Below are positions 59,546 to 64,000 of a stretch of DNA of 64,000 bases, one piece after another. Numbering within the stretch: the stretch's first letter is position 1; every line of letters starts with the position of its first letter. The stretch is from the human T2T-CHM13v2.0 reference genome, Homo sapiens. A program made the position numbers and the translations under genes. The DNA lies in the NCBI RefSeq assembly GCF_009914755.1, contig NC_060928.1; one strand, given 5' to 3'. Below the pieces are notes generated by a model, which made no database searches, was not told the DNA's origin, and was given only the letters and a program-made list of their open reading frames with translations.

Positions 59546-61249
59546 TCAGTGCAGAAACAGTAAAAGGCACTGTAAGGCTTAGTGGAAGACACGGCTGATT
59601 TTTTTTTTCCAAATGAACCTCTAAAGACTACCATAGCGGGAGAAAGACTGATATGAAATAAGCAAAATATGACTGAAGAAAGTGTGATAAATTTTAAATG
59701 TATATACAAACCAAATACTATGGGACCACAGTGGTAGGTGAGATTAGTTTAGCTGATGAGATTGGGGACAACTTCATGAAGGAGGTAATATTTAATTTTG
59801 ACTTTGAAGAAGAGGTACAATTTTGAGCATTTTTATCACTCTAATACTTTGGTATAGATAGATGATGTTTTGCTGCTATGGGTTGAAGCAAAAACTCCAG
59901 TGGGAATGAAGAGAGAATTTCTCCCCTTCATCAGACAAAGCATGCTCTGCTACCAGAAAAGAAAAATCAGACACACAATTCTTTACATGCCTGTGGATAT
60001 CTTGCTCTAAAATAACATTTTGTTTCACACACGCTGCACCACATTAAAGCATATCTCACATGCAACTTTCTTTTAATTGCATGATTTTGACATAATGCAA
60101 TGCTTCCCTGTGGATTAATAAAATTAATGTTGTAAGAGTATAATTATGTGCTTCGTTGAGTTCTTATAAAATAACCCGTAGAACAAATTAGACTAACATT
60201 ATTTTGAGCTAAGGGAACATTTTGCAATGACACTGGAAAAACAATTTTAAAAAGTCATAATATTTAAATCAACCTGCTAAATTATCTTCTTTGGTTTGTC
60301 TCTTCCCTCTCAACCCTGGACTTGGGTTCCACACCTTAGAATCACTTAAGAAAGCAAGCCCTTAATCTGCTCTCAAGCTAGACTCCTCCTGCTCCATCTA
60401 GTCACCTTGAGTTAGAACTTTAGTGGTAGAAAACATTGCCAGAATCAGCCTGTGATGTCTACCTTGTAATTCAGTCTCCCATGAAACTTTCCGGGCCTTT
60501 TGGGTCAGCTGTTTTATGTGCCACTGGCCTCACACACATCCCATAAGTGGACTATGCCATCCACAAAATTGACGTCTCTGACAGAACGCCTCATGCTCAG
60601 TGACGCCTCCTTTACAGAGATAGCCCCATGGGAAAAGATCAAAAGGTAGGTGGGGGGAGAAGATGTGAAAATAAAACAAACATGAATAAAAGATACAACT
60701 AATTACTGAAAAGTTGTGAATTCTATGCTAGAAAATAACGAAATTTATCCAGTAAATAATTTGAATTTCTTGAAGCTTGATGTCAGTACCATGATATGGT
60801 ACTGTGTTTTGCCTCTGGTAGTGTCAACACCATCAAGAGGGGGAGATAATGAAGGAAGGTAAATCCACTGAGAATATTGTATTGATGCAAATACGTGGTG
60901 ACAATGGCCAGAAGTGGAAGCTGAAGTGGGAATTAATCAAAAGGGCAGATGAGAAAGGAGCTGCAGACACAGCACAAATAGAAAATTGCACCATAACTAA
61001 GGGATGGGTTAGTAGCAGAAGTGAGTGTAAAACATTCAGCCTGGGAGACTGACAAGTTTAATTTACTCAAGAAAATCTTACTGAGTATCTCAAAACGTGC
61101 TTTCCTCAGAAAGAGGCAATTGAACATAGAAACAAAAGCTACAATCATACCATCGAGTAGCTCACAGTTGATCATGAAATGTCCATAGTTAGCACAATAA
61201 AAACAATTAGTAGTGATAAGTGATGGAACTTCAACAAATAATTTTCATG

Positions 61250-61830
61250 CTTATAGATAGAGGCCATGATATTGAAAGTGTGGTATTCAGAAAAAGTTTA
61301 AACAAATACATGACTATTGAGTGAGCTTTAAAAAGATAAATGTGCATGCCTTTTCTAGACATAGTTGGATGGGGAAAGGATATTCTTGGAAAAAAGACAA
61401 ATAACTTTAAATACAGAGAAATGAAAAAACCCTTAACTTATAATGCTGTAACAAATGCCTAGAAGTTAGAGTTTAGTGGAGAAAGGAGGAAGAAAAGAGT
61501 AAAATATTAGGTGGTCAGAGAGCTTTTCATGAAATACTTCTGTGGATATTGCCTTGAATCAATGGAGAAACATTAAAGGATTTTAATCAGGGAAGTTCAA
61601 GGATCATATTTGTATTTCAAAAAGCTCGGTGATAGCATCATGGAGAATTGATCTTGTGTTGATCAGACTGGAAACAGAAGAATAGTTGGAGAAATTTTGC
61701 TGTAAAAGAGAGGAGGAATAGTGGGGACCTTTATTAATGGAGGGTAAGGCCAAAGGGAATAGAGAGAAGAAAACAGGTTGAAAATGGTTTATTAAGGGAA
61801 CACAATCAAGATTATATGATGAATAAAGAC
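61250..61830 (-). mobile_element. Degenerate L2 fragment
   Basis: AATGGAGAAACATTAAAGGATTTTAATCAGGGAAG...GATCATATTTGTATTTCAAAAAG. Confidence 0.6.
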
Positions 61831-61891
61831 ATGTGCTAAAATTTCACTTCTTCAAAAACCTTCCCTACTAAAGCTCACTAAATAGCCACCT

Positions 61892-62375
61892 ATGGCAGAA
61901 GTATCTGCCTACCCCACATCTTTTCCCCATGTTTTCTTAATAACACAGTGCAATCTAATTTGGACTAAGGTTGAAAAAAGACAATATCTCTTGCAGCATG
62001 ATGTATTCAATTAGAGTTACATGAGGTTGTTTTGTGGAGTCTCCAGGAATATTGTTAAACCGTGTTAATCTCTTTGATAGCTGCCTGTTTTTTCTCTTCT
62101 GTGCTTTATGTTTTCTGCTGACTGGAACTTAGACTCAATAGCTGAAATCTCAGCCGATTTCATGAACTGAGAAGTGACCTTGAGTTGAAAGCTTTACATA
62201 AGGGTTATAGAGGAAAGTAACTAGTGGGTCCCTGAAGAAATTGATGCCACCATACAAGCTGTGGACTGCCTAAAAATAAATTTTCTTTGCAATGAAAGAA
62301 AATTAAATGTTACTGTTATCACTATTATTTCAGGTTTTCCGTTTCATGCAGCCAAATCTAATCATAAATGATATA
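61892..62375 (+). mobile_element. Old MLT1 (H-J group) LTR
   Basis: TGGCAGA start, GCTGAAATCTCAGC...GTGACCTTGAG...TGGACTGCCTA...CATGCAGCCAAATCTAATC. Confidence 0.6.
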
Positions 62376-62389
62376 ACCCTCAATCATAA

Positions 62390-62598
62390 TTAATATTCTT
62401 TGTACTTCTTACTATCTAAAATCACATATTTTATTTTTACATATGCATTGTGAACCCCTCCCCAGTGGATTATAAGTGATATGAGGGAAGAGTTATGGTT
62501 TGTCTTGTTTGTCATTCTATCTTTAACACCTAGAACTGTGTCTAGCATAAACTGAGTGGCAAGTAAATATCCTTTGGATAACTGAATGAATGGATAAA
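62390..62598 (+). mobile_element. L2 3' end
   Basis: CACCTAGAACTGTGTCTAGCATA...TAAATAT...TGAATGAATG tail. Confidence 0.75.
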
Positions 62599-62857
62599 GT
62601 GGGCAGGGGGTATAGAAGAGTTGAAGATATTAAATACTTGTTTCTGGCTTTGGAGGCTACCCAGATGACATAAACATTTTTCAAAACGAAAACAAAACAA
62701 AACAAAACAACTGTGGGTCTGAGGATAGAATGAGTTCCATTTTTATCACCTTGCACCTGAGGTATATATTTTACGGCCAGGATGAATCATACAGTTAGAA
62801 AGTTAGGTACACGGACTTGAGCTCAAAAGACCGTTCTGTGCTTGGAAATAACTGCAT

Positions 62858-62974
62858 TGTTAAGCACAAGAATACAGATGATATTATAATTTAAAGTTCA
62901 GGGAAGTCATGAGGTTGTAATGTTAAGCATAAGAATGCAGATGATATTATAATTTAGAGTTCAGGGAAGTCATG
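62858..62974. repeat. Tandem duplication of 54 bp with a 63 bp period
   Basis: TGTTAAGCA(C/T)AAGAAT(A/G)CAGATGATATTATAATTTA(A/G)AGTTCAGGGAAGTCATG twice. Confidence 0.93.
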
Positions 62975-64000
62975 GACAGAGCAAAGCATTGAGAGCAGAG
63001 CTACAGAAACAAACAGTATGTTCAATAGAAGAGGTGTTAGAAAGGTAGGAAAATAAAGGCAGACACACCTTGCCAGTGGAGCAGGTGAGAGAAGAAAGGA
63101 TGACAGAGTCAAATACTAGACTAGTAATAAGATAATAATATCCAACTAGAAGATATTTGTAAATATTGGGGAAACAGTAGCCTTTGTGAAGTGAAAAGAG
63201 GAAATTACATGGAAACAAAAATTGAGATATTGAACGAGCACCCCTTCATTAAACTGTATCAGGAAAGCGATGAGAGAAATATAGCAATATTGAGAGAGGA
63301 CCATGGGACTAAGGAGGAGATGTTTGTTTATTTTAAATAAGAAACACTTGATATATCTTTATCTAGTGAAAAACCAGCATCAATAAAAACAAAGATATAA
63401 AAAAAACACAGGAAGAACTGGAAATTGTTTATGGAGTAAAATCTGTCCAGACCAAGAAAAGTAGATCTTTGGAGTATTTTGTACTAAAGATATGATATAA
63501 CGTAAAAATGTCAAGGAATGCCATTTATTATAACTTTAACACATATAAAAATATTTGAAAGGCATGATGTCTTCGTGCATCTTTTCTTCCTCCCCCCAAA
63601 AATTAGCCTTCCTTTGAAAAACATGAGAGGTACTATTATATAAATATTTGGGGTCATACATTTGTTCTTACACCCAAGGAAGGTGCTTTATTTTTTCTAC
63701 AGATATCAAAATTTAAAATGAAATGAAAAGGCAAGAGGCTAGAAATATGTGAACTTCAATTAGGATTTAATTAATAAAGACTGTATGATATAATGTGCCA
63801 GAATATTAATTGAATCGTGAATGGTATTGATTGCTTTTCTGGGTGTTTTAAGGCTTCTATTAAGAAGGTCAATCTGCATGTCCTTACACATCAATTCAGA
63901 CTATAAGAGATGAGATTTTGACTGGGTTGATTTTTAATCTAACTCTGTCATATCATGGGAACTTAGGTAGAACTTAGTATATTGACTAGATGATTCAGAA

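Noticed and set aside
60784-60804. 9 bp hairpin CAGTACCAT-gat-ATGGTACTG
   Set aside because: Short enough to arise by chance in 64 kb; no supporting context

Overview
AT-rich primate (human-like) non-coding DNA, intergenic or deep intronic, with roughly half its length made of transposable elements. I find no supportable protein-coding gene, RNA gene or CRISPR array; the long ORFs in the track come from L1, Tigger1 or Alu sequence, or look like chance ORFs. Contents: 14 Alus, several L1s (one near full-length but dead), two Tigger1 copies, solo LTRs (MER9, MER4, THE1, MST, MLT1, MLT2), MIR/L2/hAT relics and simple repeats. Subfamily names come from recalled consensus sequences, not a database search. 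I see no convincing new biological system. The most notable signals are rearrangement scars: a ~445 bp fold-back inverted repeat with a tandem-repeat spacer, an L1PB with a 5' inversion and a candidate 3' transduction, a clean twin-primed L1PA2, an L1-into-L1 insertion-mediated deletion, a 48 bp templated insertion and a 99% identical 313 bp tandem duplication.
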